Source: Octopus vulgaris
Lineage: Eukaryota
Length of the DNA: 64,000 nucleotides
Direction: 5' to 3'
Assembly: GCA_951406725.2 (NCBI GenBank)
Contig: OX597837.1
Location: 39,804,001 to 39,868,000 of the forward strand
Numbering within the stretch: the stretch's first letter is position 1; every line of letters begins with the position of its first letter. Positions 1 to 14,719 of this stretch are shown one piece after another. The notes under the pieces were generated by a model. It did no database searches. It was not told the origin of the DNA and worked only from the letters and a program-made list of their open reading frames with translations. Made by a program: the position numbers and the translations under genes.

Positions 1-647
<647 letters not shown>

Positions 648-659
648 ATATATGTGTGT

Positions 660-957
660 GGAGGCGCAATAGCCCAGTGGTTAGGGCAGCGGACTCGCGG
701 TCGGAGGATCGCGGTTTCGATTCCCAGATCGGGCGTTGTGCGTGTTTTTTGAGCGAAAACACCTAAAAGGCTCCACGAGGCTCCGGCAGAGGGCGGTGAT
801 CCCTGCTGTACTCTTTCACCACTCTTTCTCCCACTCTTTCTTCTGTTGGCCTGTTCGCTTAGCCAGCGGGGTGGCGTCGTTCGAAGGCTTAAACAATGCC
901 AACGCATTGTGACCAGCGATGTGTAGCAACATCTGATGTTCTGGTCGGTCACGTGAT

Positions 958-965
<8 letters not shown>
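660..965 (+). mobile_element. tRNA-derived SINE family A, tail type 1
   Basis: tRNA-like head GGAGGCGCAATAGCCCAGTGGTTAGG...GGTTTCGATTCCC with A/B-box-like motifs. Near-identical copy at 19753; flanked by TA tracts. Confidence 0.85.
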
Positions 966-1008
<43 letters not shown>

Positions 1009-1053
1009 CAAGCATGGGAGTTTAACTTCTTCCACATTATATGACGAAGATTA

Positions 1054-1300
1054 GGGAGCGAACTGGCAGAAACGTTAGCACGCCGGGCGAAATGCGTAGC
1101 CGTATTTCGTCTGCCGATATGTTCTGAGTTCAAATTCCGCTGAGGTCAACTTTGCCTTTCATCCTTTCGGGATCGATTAAATACGTATCGACCACAAGAG
1201 GACGAAAAGCAAAGTCATCTCCGGCTGCATTTGAACGTGAGAACGTGAAGACGGACGAAATGCTGCGAAACAATTTGTCCGGCGTGCTAACGATTCTGCC
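1054..1300. mobile_element. Two partial SINE B copies in inverted, tail-to-tail arrangement
   Basis: 1054-1182 matches the SINE B head and GCCTTTCATCCTTTCGGG domain on +; 1186-1300 is a diverged copy on -. Confidence 0.75.
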
Positions 1301-2155
1301 GGAAGTTAAGACTCTGTATAGTGTAGACATGTATTTATTATAATCTGTAATATTTCGTGTTCGAACTTGCTTGAATCTTTGAGCTTAAGATGACATTCCT
1401 TCAACAGACCAATTGAATATTGCTTCTGCCTCCACCCGTAAATCCCCTATTTTTTACCAGCAATTTACGGGTACTTCATTTATATTTAACGGACGTTCAC
1501 TCATTTCATTGTACTTTGAAATCACTTATTTTTTTACCAGCAATTTACGGGTACTTCATTTATTTTTGACTGAAGTTTACTCATTTCATTGAAATTTGTA
1601 GCATGTGGGTTACTTTTGGATTTCTTGTTTTTCCAAGATGTCTGTTTTCAGATTTTCATCTACTCTTTCTGCGTTTTAGTCTAGAGATTTTAATCTATTG
1701 TCTATATTACTTTAACCGATATTTATTCTTTCTTTGTGCTGTTGTCTGTAAACTGGTTTCATTATGCGTACTATTGACACTAAATGATTTGGTATGTTAA
1801 AAATAGCTCGGATGCTTTTCGCAATAACGAATCTTTCTGGTTTGGCGAGCAATTCTCTCCTCTACTTACAGAATGCAAACGATATTGCCTATATCATGGA
1901 AAAATATATTATGGTTGTGTGGTTAACGATCTCGCTTTGCAACCACATGCTTTCTGGTTCAGTTCTACTCCGTTGTGCGGCAGCACTTTGAGCAAATGTC
2001 TTTTACAATGGGCATTGTGAGCGAATTTCGTAGAGGGGCAAATGTGGAAGTCCATTGTAAGCGCACGCACGCACACACACACACTCACACACACAGACAT
2101 TCCAGCATGGCCGTAGACCTTCAGCTGAAAACATTAAAAGAACAAAAAATACAAG

Positions 2156-2810
<655 letters not shown>

Positions 2811-2996
2811 ATCCCAGTGTTCAACTGGTACTTATTTCATCGACTCCGAAAGGATGAAGGGCAAAGTCGGCCTCGGCACAATTTGAACGCAGAACGCAAA
2901 GACGAATATGAGATGCCTCTAAAAAATTTCGCCTGGAGTGCAAACAATTTTACCTGTTCACCGCCACCTTTGCATATTTCAATAACACATTATATA

Positions 2997-3408
2997 AATT
3001 TCTTTATTTCTCACAATGGGCTAAACATATAAAGGACAAAGACAGACAAAGGGATTACGCCGATTACATCGACCCCAGTGCGTAACTGGTACTTAATTTA
3101 TCGACCCCGAAAGGATGAAAGGCAAAGTCGTCCTCGGTGGAATTTGAACTCAGAACTTAATGGCAGACGAAATACCTATTTCTTTACTACCCACAAGAGG
3201 CTAAACATAGAGAGGACAAACAAGGACAGACAAATGGATTAAGTCGATTACATCGACCCCAGTGCGTAACTGGTACTTATTTAATCGACCCCGAAAGGAT
3301 GAAAGGCAAAGTCGATCTCGGCGGAATTCGAACTCAGAACGTAACGACAGACGAAATACCGCAAAGCATTTCGCTCGGCGTGCTAACGATTCTACCAGCT
3401 CACCGCCC
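2997..3408 (-). mobile_element. SINE B dimer with one TSD
   Basis: Two units joined at CAGACGAAATACCTATTTCTTT; flanked by TC(A/G)ATAACACATTATATA at 2979-2996 and 3409-3426. Confidence 0.85.
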
Positions 3409-3653
3409 TCGATAACACATTATATATGTCGTTGCCAATTCAATAAAACACAGTGTTGGTCGTATCTGTATCTTAATACCACATAATACAAGTTATTTGT
3501 ATTACTAAATAATGCGTGTAGTTTTTATATCAATAACACATAAACATCGCCGTGTGTATTTTAATAATGTATTACCGTTTCTTTCTGAGACTTCGTTTTC
3601 TATGTTTGACTATGCATTGTCTTTAACAATGTACCGTCTTAATTTATCTAATA

Positions 3654-4189
3654 CTAGCAGTATCGCCCGGCGTTGCTCGGGTTTGTAAGGGAAATAACTC
3701 TATAAGCATTTTTAGAGAGTTATAGCAAAAAAATGCATTAAAAATGGAATAAAAAATGATGATAATTTTTTTTTTAAATCGTTGACTCAGTGTCTTCAAG
3801 CCATGAAGTCGTTGTTCTAAAAGAACGCTGGTCTCCTTGACAACGCTTTACGACGTTGATTTCCTTACACTCCCTTCCCCACAGCTTCACGAGGGAGGGA
3901 AGAAGGGGGAGAAGCAAACACAGGTGCAGGTGTTTGAGCGTGGACGCCAACTCCGCCGCCATCGACACACGAAAAATTATGCATTAAAATGGAATAAAAA
4001 ATGATGTTAAATTATTTTTAAAATCGTAGACTCATCGTAGACGCGCGCTAATAGCCAGACGGGCTCGATATGAATCACGACTATAAGATACCCGAATTTG
4101 GTTAAACTGCACCGCAAAATGTGGGAGGAGTTAGGAATCTAAATCGAAGGGGACAGACACTCACACAACTACAGTTTTATATATATAGA
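3654..4189 (-). mobile_element. Non-autonomous Helitron carrying an extra internal segment
   Basis: On -: starts TCTATATATATAAAA, ends CCCGAGCAACGCCGGGCGATACTGCTAG (subterminal hairpin plus CTAG), lies between A and T, no TSD. Siblings at 54771 and 61546. Confidence 0.85.
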
Positions 4190-4822
4190 TATTGGATCTA
4201 AAGTTACTTCACAAACAAGATTATCTTCTGTTCCTATATTATCATAGTCTCCTGTTCGTGATGGTGGTTGTGATGGCGACGGGATAAGCTGTACATGTGT
4301 ATTATAAAGCTACTACGTAAAAATGTATTTCTCTCGAGACTGTTTATATGTTTCTCTGTTTTACATTTATCTCTTAAGGTAAAAAAGAATCGGTAAACAT
4401 AGAGACAAAATAAATACGCAGTGTTTAGTCAAGTTAGTTTGTGTTTCCGACATTCATGACCAGCCATGGATGTGTGCGTAAGAAGCTGACCTTGTAACCA
4501 GGTTGTTTCGGGTTTAGTACCCCTCCTCAGCGCCTTGGGTAATTGTCTTCTACTATATTCCCGTGCCGACCAGTACCTAGTGAGTGAATCTAGATAATCG
4601 GAAACTGTATGGAAGCCCACTAGAGAGAATAAATTTTTAAAACGCATACAAATGTTCGAAAGTTTGTTTTGTCCAATGGTAGAGCATCTGTCGCATTTGC
4701 AGTAGATGCGGGTTCGTGTCACACGGGTGAACTTCGACGATTTCTGTCCAAACTCTTTTACACAATATTTACAGGCTATAATTTATAGCTTTATCTGCTT
4801 CGAGTTTTATCATTCCAATATA

Positions 4823-4907
<85 letters not shown>

Positions 4908-6322
4908 CTCTGTGTATATGTTTCTATGTGTGCTTGATATGTGGGTATCTTTGTGTTTGTATTTGTCCTCCACCACTGCTTAACAACCAGTATTAGTTTA
5001 TTTACGTCCCTGTAATCTAGCAGTTCGGCAGCAGGTTTCGATAGAATAAATACCAGCTCTAAAAAAAGCTTCTGATGTCGATTTGTTCGTCTAAACCCTT
5101 CAAGGCTGTACCCCAGCATGGCCGTAGTCCAATGACCGAAAAAATTAAAAGATAAAAGATAAGTGAGGAAAGGCACAGAAACTGAATTGAAGACAGCAAG
5201 TTTGTTTTTTCTGTATCAGCCTCATCCCTACAGTTTCTGTCTACAAAATTCACTCACACGTCATTGGTCGAGCTGTGGCTATAGTAGAAGGCAACAGCAT
5301 TGCCCCAAGGTACCACGCCGCAGGACTGAACACGAAACCATGTAGATTAAAACCCTGTTTCTTAGCCACATGACAATACTTACGTCTATGTGCGGTATGC
5401 AATAGTTAAAAAAAAACAAAAACAAAACCAAAATAAACTAACAAACAAGCGAACAAAAAACAAAACAAAATCTTTAATTGAAAAGAATAAGAAAGAAAGG
5501 AAGAAAAATAACGTAACGTGAAACCATAAAAAATACGAGATAAAATGACGTAAAATGAAACAATAGTACCGAATAATATAAATAAATATTATACGACTTA
5601 ATAGAAGCTGATTTAGTTGCTTAGAAATAATTCTAAGCCGATTTGATCGATGTACAAAAGCTACGCTGGCAAAAAAAAACGAAACGGAAATCGGAAAAAT
5701 TCTTCCTGAACTGCCAATCAATAGTATTATGTATTCAATGAAAGTTGTAAAACTTGCTTAAGGTCTGTCAGTCAAAGTTAAATATGTATGTATGTACATA
5801 TTTGAATGGAGGCTATATAAATTATATAAAATTCACGAGCGTTATTTAATTTAACCCTTCTGTCAATAACACGTGTAATTATTTGTAGAAGTTTATTAAA
5901 TATGGCTTTTTGTTTCCTTTTTGATTTTTCCGTGCGCTTGATTAAACCAATTTCTTGTAATTTCGATATGAAATCATCTCAGTTTCATGTAAAACCATTC
6001 TGTTATATTCTAAGAAATTCATCCATAATTATTGAATAATATTATTTCCTTCGAATATTGATTATTTTCGAATAATGATTGGCATAAGATTACACATCAG
6101 TTCAAACATTTGAAGTTTTAGATGAAGTTTCTAGAAAAGAGATCTGAAAACAAAAACAAAAACAAACCCCCCGAAACGCTTGATTTATCAAAGTGTTTTT
6201 AAGTTGAAGCTTATACAGGCATACCTCAACTTAAGTCGTTTCGAGTTACGTCTTTTTCGACTTCACGTTCTTTGTTTTTTTTTTTTTTGAGAAATAAACC
6301 TAAGCTGCGAGGATATTTAAAT

Positions 6323-6555
6323 TCCTGAATGGTAGAAGTCAGACAGTTGCAACCAATGAGGAATTATCTAGGGAAACGCAAATATTGAGAGGTGTTCTAC
6401 AAGGAACTGTCCTGGGGCCGCTACTGTTTATAGTAGCCCTTCTGGACATGCCCACGGTCACTCAGACAGCCATTGTCACTAGCTACGCTGATGACACAAA
6501 ACTGTCTCAGGCAATAATGAATCCTGATGATGTCATAAGCCTGCAGAATGACCTG
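6323..6555 (+). pseudogene. Internal reverse-transcriptase fragment of a CR1/L2-group LINE
   Basis: Translates FLNGRSQTV...GVLQGTVLGPLLFI...YADDTKL...LQNDL, containing the non-LTR RT motifs GVPQGSVLGP-like and YADD. Confidence 0.9.
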
Positions 6556-6670
6556 GCTGCGAGGATATTTAAATGCATAATAATTAGAAAGACCGCGAAA
6601 AAACCCCCAAAACGGAAGTGAAGAAACCAAATACAATACATGTAAAAACATGTACAAAATATAAGCAAAT

Positions 6671-7035
6671 GGCGCAGGAGTGGCTGTGTGGTAAGTAGCT
6701 TGCTTACCAACCACATGGTTCCGGGTTCAGTCCCACTGCGTGGCATCTTGGGCAAGTGTCTTCTGCCCAAGCCTTGTGAGTGAATTTGGTAGACGGAAAC
6801 TGAAATAAGCCTGTCGTATATATATATATATATATATATGTGCGTGTGTGTATATGTTTGTGTGTCTGTGTTTGTCCTCCTAGCATTGCTTGACAACCGA
6901 TACTGGCAAAAGAGACCGATAGAATAAGTACTAGGCTTACAAAGAATAGGTCCCGGGGTCGATTTTCTCGACAAAAGGCGGTGCTCCAGCATGGACGCAG
7001 TAAAATGACTGAAACGAGTAAAAGAGTAAAGAGTA
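6671..7035 (+). mobile_element. SINE C, nearly full length, inside the MITE
   Basis: GGCGCAGGAGTGGCTGTGTGGTAAG head, internal TA/TG tract, AAAAGAGT tail. Confidence 0.9.
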
Positions 7036-7341
7036 AATGTACTTTTTTAAAAAGTTTTATCGTGTTACGTCGTTTTTCGAGTGAAGTTGCATGTCTTCGA
7101 AACAGTTTCCGACGTAAGTTGAAGTATGCCTATATTTCAAATATTTCTTGCCCAATTCCGATTCTTCAGGGTGTTTCTCTTGAAAGACGTGGTTAATGAA
7201 ACTCCGAAAGTTAAATGTTTAAAAGTCATTGACCGGGCGCAGTGCTTCGTGGTTTTCAACAAAAATTAAATTCACCTCGCTTTGTGATCACTTCAACGTG
7301 TAACATGGAGCACCTGTATATGCAACGTCAATTTAATGGTA

Positions 7342-7485
7342 TGTTTGTTCCTTCTCGAGCCACGCCTGGATCATAAGGGCCGGTTTCTTGGTTTCCTCGG
7401 TGTATAGGTTCCCCAACTGGACGGGACGCCGGTCCGTCGCAGGTGAGCTGCAAGATGCAGGAGGAAAGAGTGAGAGAAAGTTGTG
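7342..7485 (-). mobile_element. SINE A 3' fragment, tail type 2
   Basis: Matches the corresponding part of the copy at 18972-19274. Confidence 0.8.
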
Positions 7486-7800
7486 ACTTTGTCTTTCATC
7501 CTTTCGGGGTCGATTAAATAAGTACCAGTTACGCACTGGGGTCGATATAATCGACTTAATCTGTCTGTCGTTGCTTGTCCTCTCTGTGTTTAGCCCCTTG
7601 TGGGTAGTAAAGAAATAGGTATTTCGACTGTCGCTACGTTCTGAGTTCAAATTCCGCCGATATCAACTTTGCCTTTCATCCTTTCGGGGTCGATTAAATA
7701 AGTACCAGTTACACACTGACGTCGATATAATCGACTTAATACCTTTGTCTGTCCTTGTTTGTCCTTTCTATGTTTAGCCCGTTGTAGGCAATAAAGAAAT
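7486..7800 (+). mobile_element. SINE B tandem units
   Basis: Two copies of the CCTTTCGGGGTCGATTAAATAAGTACCAG body joined at AAAGAAATAGGTATTTCG. Confidence 0.85.
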
Positions 7801-7849
7801 ATATTTCATGTTTATTTATTATACTGACAATGTCTGTAACCAACCATTG

Positions 7850-8400
7850 TCCTATCGATAACTTCTTTACCAACAGTTTCAGTTACCGATATTATTTTCA
7901 CCAACAATTTTCTTAATCGACATACATTTATTTTTCTCGAAATTTTCTTTTACCGACAATTTTTTTTTTGTTTACCAAAAGATAATCTTTTATTGAAAAA
8001 CCTCTTTTACTGACAAAATTGTTGTTGAATATCTCTTTTGCTAGCAACTAATTTTATCAATTATTTTTTATCGGCAATTACAATCACTTTTATCGATAAT
8101 TCCTTTTACCGACAAATTCCTTTATCAACAATTTCATTTAGCGACATTTTCTTTTAGCGCCAGTTTCTTTTAGTAACAATTTCTTTTATCAACAATTTCT
8201 GTTTCATACAATTACCTTTATCGATAATTTCTTTTCCTGACAATTCCTTTTACTGACAAATTCTTTCATCAACAATCTTTTATCAATGTCTTTTAGCGAC
8301 AATTTCGTTCAGCGACAATTTCGATTGACAACAATTCTTTTTATCGACAAGGTATTTGATAAACAATTTCTTTTGCTGGAAATTCCTTTCGTTTGATCGC
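7850..8400. repeat. Degenerate minisatellite, ~17-20 bp unit (AATTTCTTTTA(C/T)CGAC-like)
   Basis: Recurrent TTTTACCGACAA / TTTATCGATAA / TTTAGCGACA motifs at short, near-regular spacing. Confidence 0.65.
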
Positions 8401-8691
8401 ACTAGTTTTAACGGACTATTCCTTCTACTAATTAATTCCCTTTCCTTTTGATAACGACTAAACAACCGATATGGTGACATTTTGACGAGGGCGAATCAAT
8501 ATGATGTATCTGGACACCTCAATGACGTGGCATCAATTGACTGGCTCGATGTTATCGCTAAGCGTGACGGCATTCAAATTTTGACATCACAAGTGTTTTA
8601 TTTACTCTTTTACTCTTTTACTTGTTTCAGTCATTTGACTGCGGCAATGCTGGAGCCCTGCCTTTAGTCGAGCAAATCGACCCCAAGACTT

Positions 8692-9132
8692 AAATTAAAA
8701 GAAAAGTTTTTTTAAAAGCATATTTGTATAGTGTTCAAATACAAGTGGCATTTTCCTTGTTTCTGCCTTTCTCTGTCTCTCTTGTTTACTCTTGTGGGTT
8801 CGGGCTCCTTGTGAATTCTTGGTAGGGAAGAAAAAGAAGAAAAAGAAGAAGAAGGAGGAAGAGAAGAAGAGGAAGAATAATAATAATTTGGGAGTGCCAT
8901 GATAGTAGTATTTTGAATGGTCAGTGGAGGGTAGAAGTCCCTGTTCAATTGAACAGGGACTGCCAATTGTATTTGAACACTATACAAATATTCTTTTAAA
9001 AACTTTTCGTTTAATTTTTTCTAAATTTAATTATTTAATTGTTACAGTTGAAAAAGTCTCAATGACTGAAACCGGAACTGAATGTTTTTTCATAAAATTA
9101 TTTTCGCATTCTCTATCTTGAATTTTTTTCCA
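8692..9132 (+). mobile_element. PLE-like fragment with inverted arms and degenerate HHR-like fold
   Basis: ~48-bp inverted repeat 8701-8750 / 8961-9008; perfect 24-bp palindrome 8937-8960; HHR-like fold 9045-9080; tail into a TA-rich tract. Confidence 0.5.
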
Positions 9133-9163
9133 TATATATCAACGTGTGTTCCTTTTCATCCTT

Positions 9164-9222
<59 letters not shown>

Positions 9223-9257
9223 TCACATACACTTATTTTTCCTTCGGAATAATGTTG

Positions 9258-9308
<51 letters not shown>

Positions 9309-9314
9309 GTATCA

Positions 9315-9517
9315 GTCGCCATGATAGATCGTTAGCCACTACACACATTTTCTTCTCTCCTTTTTTCTCTCCTTGTTTTTCCTGTGTCCCTTTCTGTAGA
9401 AGAGCGTAGGCTCGAAACGTAAAATACTTTTTTCTATTCCTGAGCGCTATACTAATACATCTGTTTGTTTTGTACACCACCTGTCTTCGTCTTTTGTTTT
9501 TTTCGTAAACTCTCCCT
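9315..9517 (+). mobile_element. Short PLE-like repeat with variant HHR (CTGTAGA core), between TA tracts
   Basis: Close copy at 52053-52257. CTTT-CTGTAGA-A-GAGC-GTAG-GCTC-GAAA-CG-TA-AAA at 9390-9425. Confidence 0.65.
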
Positions 9518-9889
9518 ATATATATATATATATATGAAAGAAAGTTTGAAAATGCAATTTTAAAGATGTTTTTTTCACATGACCGGTTTCACATTTTTAG
9601 AAAAAGTTTGTCAAAAGTAAAATCTAAAGCTTTGTATTAGCGTTGTTGTGTTAAGTACTGGTTATCACAGAAGTATTAAAATACAGTTATACATTCTTTG
9701 ATAATGATAAGAAAACGTTAAAAACAATTTACAAGAAAGTATTCAAGAAAGTATTCGAGAACGAGACTACGATAAGTAATTTGAGTTCAATAAAAATCAT
9801 GTTTGTTTGGTAGTAAGAATTTACAAAAAAAAATGGAGAGGAATAACTGACCTCGCTGTCAGACATTTTCAGCCTTGTGTGTTGCTACA

Positions 9890-10075
9890 CAAGACATTTT
9901 CTGTCCACGGACACGCCCTTAACATTGTTCTCAGAAAGATTCAGCGTGACGCAAAATGCGAAAAGGCTGGCCCTTTGAATTAAAAGTACAACTAATTTTT
10001 TTTCTATCTGAATGGACTGGAGCAATATGAAATAAAGTCCTTTGGTCAAGGACACGACACTCCACCAGGAATCGC
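9890..10075 (-). mobile_element. Old SINE remnant (GTTGTGTCCTTGAGCAAGACAC-type core)
   Basis: Reverse complement resembles 13215-13355 (TTATTTCACGTTGCTCCAGTCCACTCAG...TTCAAAGGG). Confidence 0.6.
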
Positions 10076-10597
10076 ATTTGGTGGTTAGGATATTCGGCTA
10101 AAACTCTAAAACGATCGTTAAACTAACCATTAAGCCATAAGCCTTCACTCTTCAGGAATTACAATTACAACGAATTGGCTAAACAAAAGATACAATAAAA
10201 ACCAAAAGAAACTTGCTCAACGTGTCACGCTCGAGATTGAACGTAGATACAGGTGATTGCAAAGCAAGCTTCATAACAACGCTGCCACATCTCCGCGGCC
10301 ATCGTATTAACATTTCCTTTTGAGCAGATGCTGTGTTTTCTTCACTTATCTCGCCGCCATCTTAGTGGCAAATTACAAGATGGTGGCTGCCTGTATGGGA
10401 CATAATCTACATCCGTTGAAGATAACATTAGTCACAATATATTATTCATAGAGAAATGCAGATCAAAATCATTTCCAAAGATAGCAATCAATAGAAGAAC
10501 GTAAGAAGCTACGTAGTTATTCTCATCAGAGAAACGAGACCATTCCGATAATCAATATCTCTGTCGATAGCAATATCAATATCAATATAGATATCAA

Positions 10598-11850
<1,253 letters not shown>

Positions 11851-12219
11851 GCATGCAGATTAGTAGTATTTATGTAGAAGCACACAAAGATAACAAGCGG
11901 CAGATCTATTCAACAGACTTATTTCCATATAATGAGATAGAAGCTACTTATTTGGAAAACATTGCTTTAAGGAATAATAAAGAATCTCCAAAGAATTATA
12001 CTTAGTTTTTCTTCTTCTTCTCGATATTACGGTATAACATTTTCACAATATAAAGTGGAAATTGCTCAAGTTTTCTCATTAGACAGAATAAAGTTTTCAA
12101 GGATTGCTAGAATATGATAAATTATGTCGATTTAACGTAAGTTATAGTACTTATGGCAACGACAAAAACCTCGTCAGTTTTGTGGATTATGCTATCGGAC
12201 AAATTATTGGAATGCTTGT

Positions 12220-13175
12220 TGGAAGGGTTGGATAAGAGAAGATAAATAGAAAAATTATTTTGGCTCGGTTTTAACCCTTTTTGTTAATATGTTTCTATGG
12301 AAATGTGTTATATATTTTTACCTGAATTTATTATTCAAAAAAAAAAATGAAGAATTCAGTTAAATAATTACCATTATTAAGTTGGTAATTAAGGCAGTGA
12401 CGTGGCAGAATCGTTAGCACGCTGGACGATGGAATGCTTAGCAGCATCTCGTCTGTTTTTACGTTCTGAGTTCAAATTCCGCCGAGGTTGACTTTGCCTT
12501 TCATCTTTTCGGTGGGAAGGGTTGGATAAGAGAAGATAAATAGAAAAATTATTTTGGCTCGATTTTAACCCTTTTTGCCAATATGTTTCTATGGAAATGT
12601 GTTATATATTTTTACCTGAATTTATTGGTTGAAAAAAAAAATGAAGAATTCAGTTAAATAATTGCCATTATTAAGTTGGTAATTAAGGCAGCGAGGTGGC
12701 AGAATCGTTAGCACGCTGGGTGAATGCTTATCGGTATTTCGTCTGCCGTTACGTTCTGAGTTCAAATTCCGCCGAGGTCGACTTTGCCTTTCATCCTTCC
12801 GGGGTCGATAAATTAAATATCAGTTGCGTACTGGGGTCGATTTAATCGATTGGCCACCTACAAAAGTTTCTAGACTGGAAAGCTTTAGCATTAAGGAATG
12901 TACATTCAGAAACAGGAGAACGACTCTGAAAATTCAGTTAAATAATTGCCATTATTAAGTTGGTAATTAAGGCAGCGAGGTGGCAGAATCGTTAGCACGC
13001 TGGACGACGGAACGTTTAGCAGCATTTCGTCTGTCTTTACGTTCTGGGTTCAAATTTCGCCGAGGTCGACTTTCATCCTTTCGGAGTCGATAAATTAAGC
13101 ACCAATTACGCTCTGTGGTCGATATAATCGACTGACCAGAAAATTTCGGGCTTTGTGTCTAGAGTAGAAAAGAAT
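12220..13175 (+). repeat. Local tandem duplication (~295-bp unit, 2 full plus 1 partial), each unit carrying a SINE B head
   Basis: GGAAGGGTTGGATAAGAGAAGATAAATAG at ~12221 and ~12515; AATTCAGTTAAATAATT(A/G)CCATTATTAAG at ~12353, 12646 and 12931. Confidence 0.9.
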
Positions 13176-13214
13176 TAACACAGTGAGCTGGCAGAATCGT
13201 TAGAAGGCTGACGA

Positions 13215-13355
13215 TCGTAAGGCCGCTAGTTCAGTTCCCGGAGACGCGTTGTGTCCTAGAGCAAGACACTTTATTTCACGTTGCTCCAGTCCACTCAGCG
13301 GGCAAAAATGAGTTGTATCTGTATTTCAAAGGGGCCATCCTTGTAACACTCTGTG
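13215..13355 (+). mobile_element. SINE fragment (GTTGTGTCC..GAGCAAGACAC-type core)
   Basis: B-box remnant followed by GTTGTGTCCTAGAGCAAGACACTTTATTTCACGTTGCTCCAGTCCACTCAG; a related core occurs at ~37380-37625. Confidence 0.65.
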
Positions 13356-13821
13356 TACGTTCTGAGTTCAAATTCCATCGGTCTCGAAGCAGGCTTTTCC
13401 ATTCAACGGATCAAATTGAACCGTCGTCGTCGTAACCGACGAAGAGTCTGTGGTAGGTCGGTAATTTCGAGGTGGTGCAAGTGGATACTATTGATCACAA
13501 TATTTGACTGGGGTGGGGAAGATGAAAGGCAAAGTTAATATATACATGCAAACTATCACACGCATATATGCCACGGGTTTCCACACAGTTTCCATTCACA
13601 AAATTTACTTACAATGCATTGGTCGGCTCCGGGCCAAAATAGAAGAGAGGGTCCAAAGGTGCCACACAGTGAAACTGAACTCGGAACCACAGGGTTGCAA
13701 AGATAACTTTTTAACTAAACAGGAATGCCTATGCATTCTCCCCTACGTTCTGTGTATGTGTCTCTCTCTTTCATACACCCACATGTAATTCAGATATATA
13801 TGCACATACACATACATATAT

Positions 13822-13922
<101 letters not shown>

Positions 13923-13941
13923 CATATATATATACATACAT

Positions 13942-13977
<36 letters not shown>

Positions 13978-14029
13978 TCACACACACACACACACACATA
14001 TATATGTATATATGTATTTATGTGTGAGT

Positions 14030-14070
<41 letters not shown>

Positions 14071-14646
14071 ATATGTATATATGTACATATATGCATAAAT
14101 ATATATATATATGCACATACATATGTATATATATGTGTATATATATGCCTATATATATATACATGTATGTATTTATATATACATATATATATATATGTAT
14201 ATATGTATATATGTGTATGTGTGTGTGTGTGTGCGTGCGTGGATGTTTATCTTTATTGATCCACTTCGATACTTCGCATTGCTTCCTTTTCAAGTTACGT
14301 CTGTCGGTTCGTTTCATGACGACTTCTCTTCTCCAAGGAATAATATTTGCTAAACACCCGACGCGTGGAATTCCGGACATCAAACCTACGCCAACGCACA
14401 TTGATTGTAGACACGACAGCAGCGTTAATCAGGAATTTGGTTTTCTAATCATTCGATCTCATGGGGCAACCAATATCGATCGGTAGTTTCAACCTACCAT
14501 AGCATCAGGTTGAGCAATACATTGTGGAATTTGAGAAGGAAACTGTGCTGAAGCTCGTTATACATGCATACATACATGCAAGTACACCCATCCAATCATA
14601 CACACAAACAGGTATATACACACATGTATATATACACGTATACATA

Positions 14647-14700
<54 letters not shown>

Positions 14701-14719
14701 TATGTATACGTGTATATAT

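Larger units (their letters stand above)
6216..7132. mobile_element. Tigger/pogo-like MITE with nested insertions
   Basis: TA|CAGGCATACCTCAACTTAAGTCG at 6216 and its imperfect reverse complement CGACGTAAGTTGAAGTATGCCTA|TA ending 7132; TA target duplication. Confidence 0.7.

Noticed and set aside
660-735. Possible tRNA genes here and at other SINE heads
   Set aside because: The heads continue into multi-copy SINE bodies and lack a clean acceptor stem; treated as tRNA-derived promoters.
10350-10390. Inverted YY1-like motifs (also AAAATGGCGGCG at ~38383 and ~45728)
   Set aside because: Short motifs without supporting promoter context; cannot be distinguished from chance or repeat debris.
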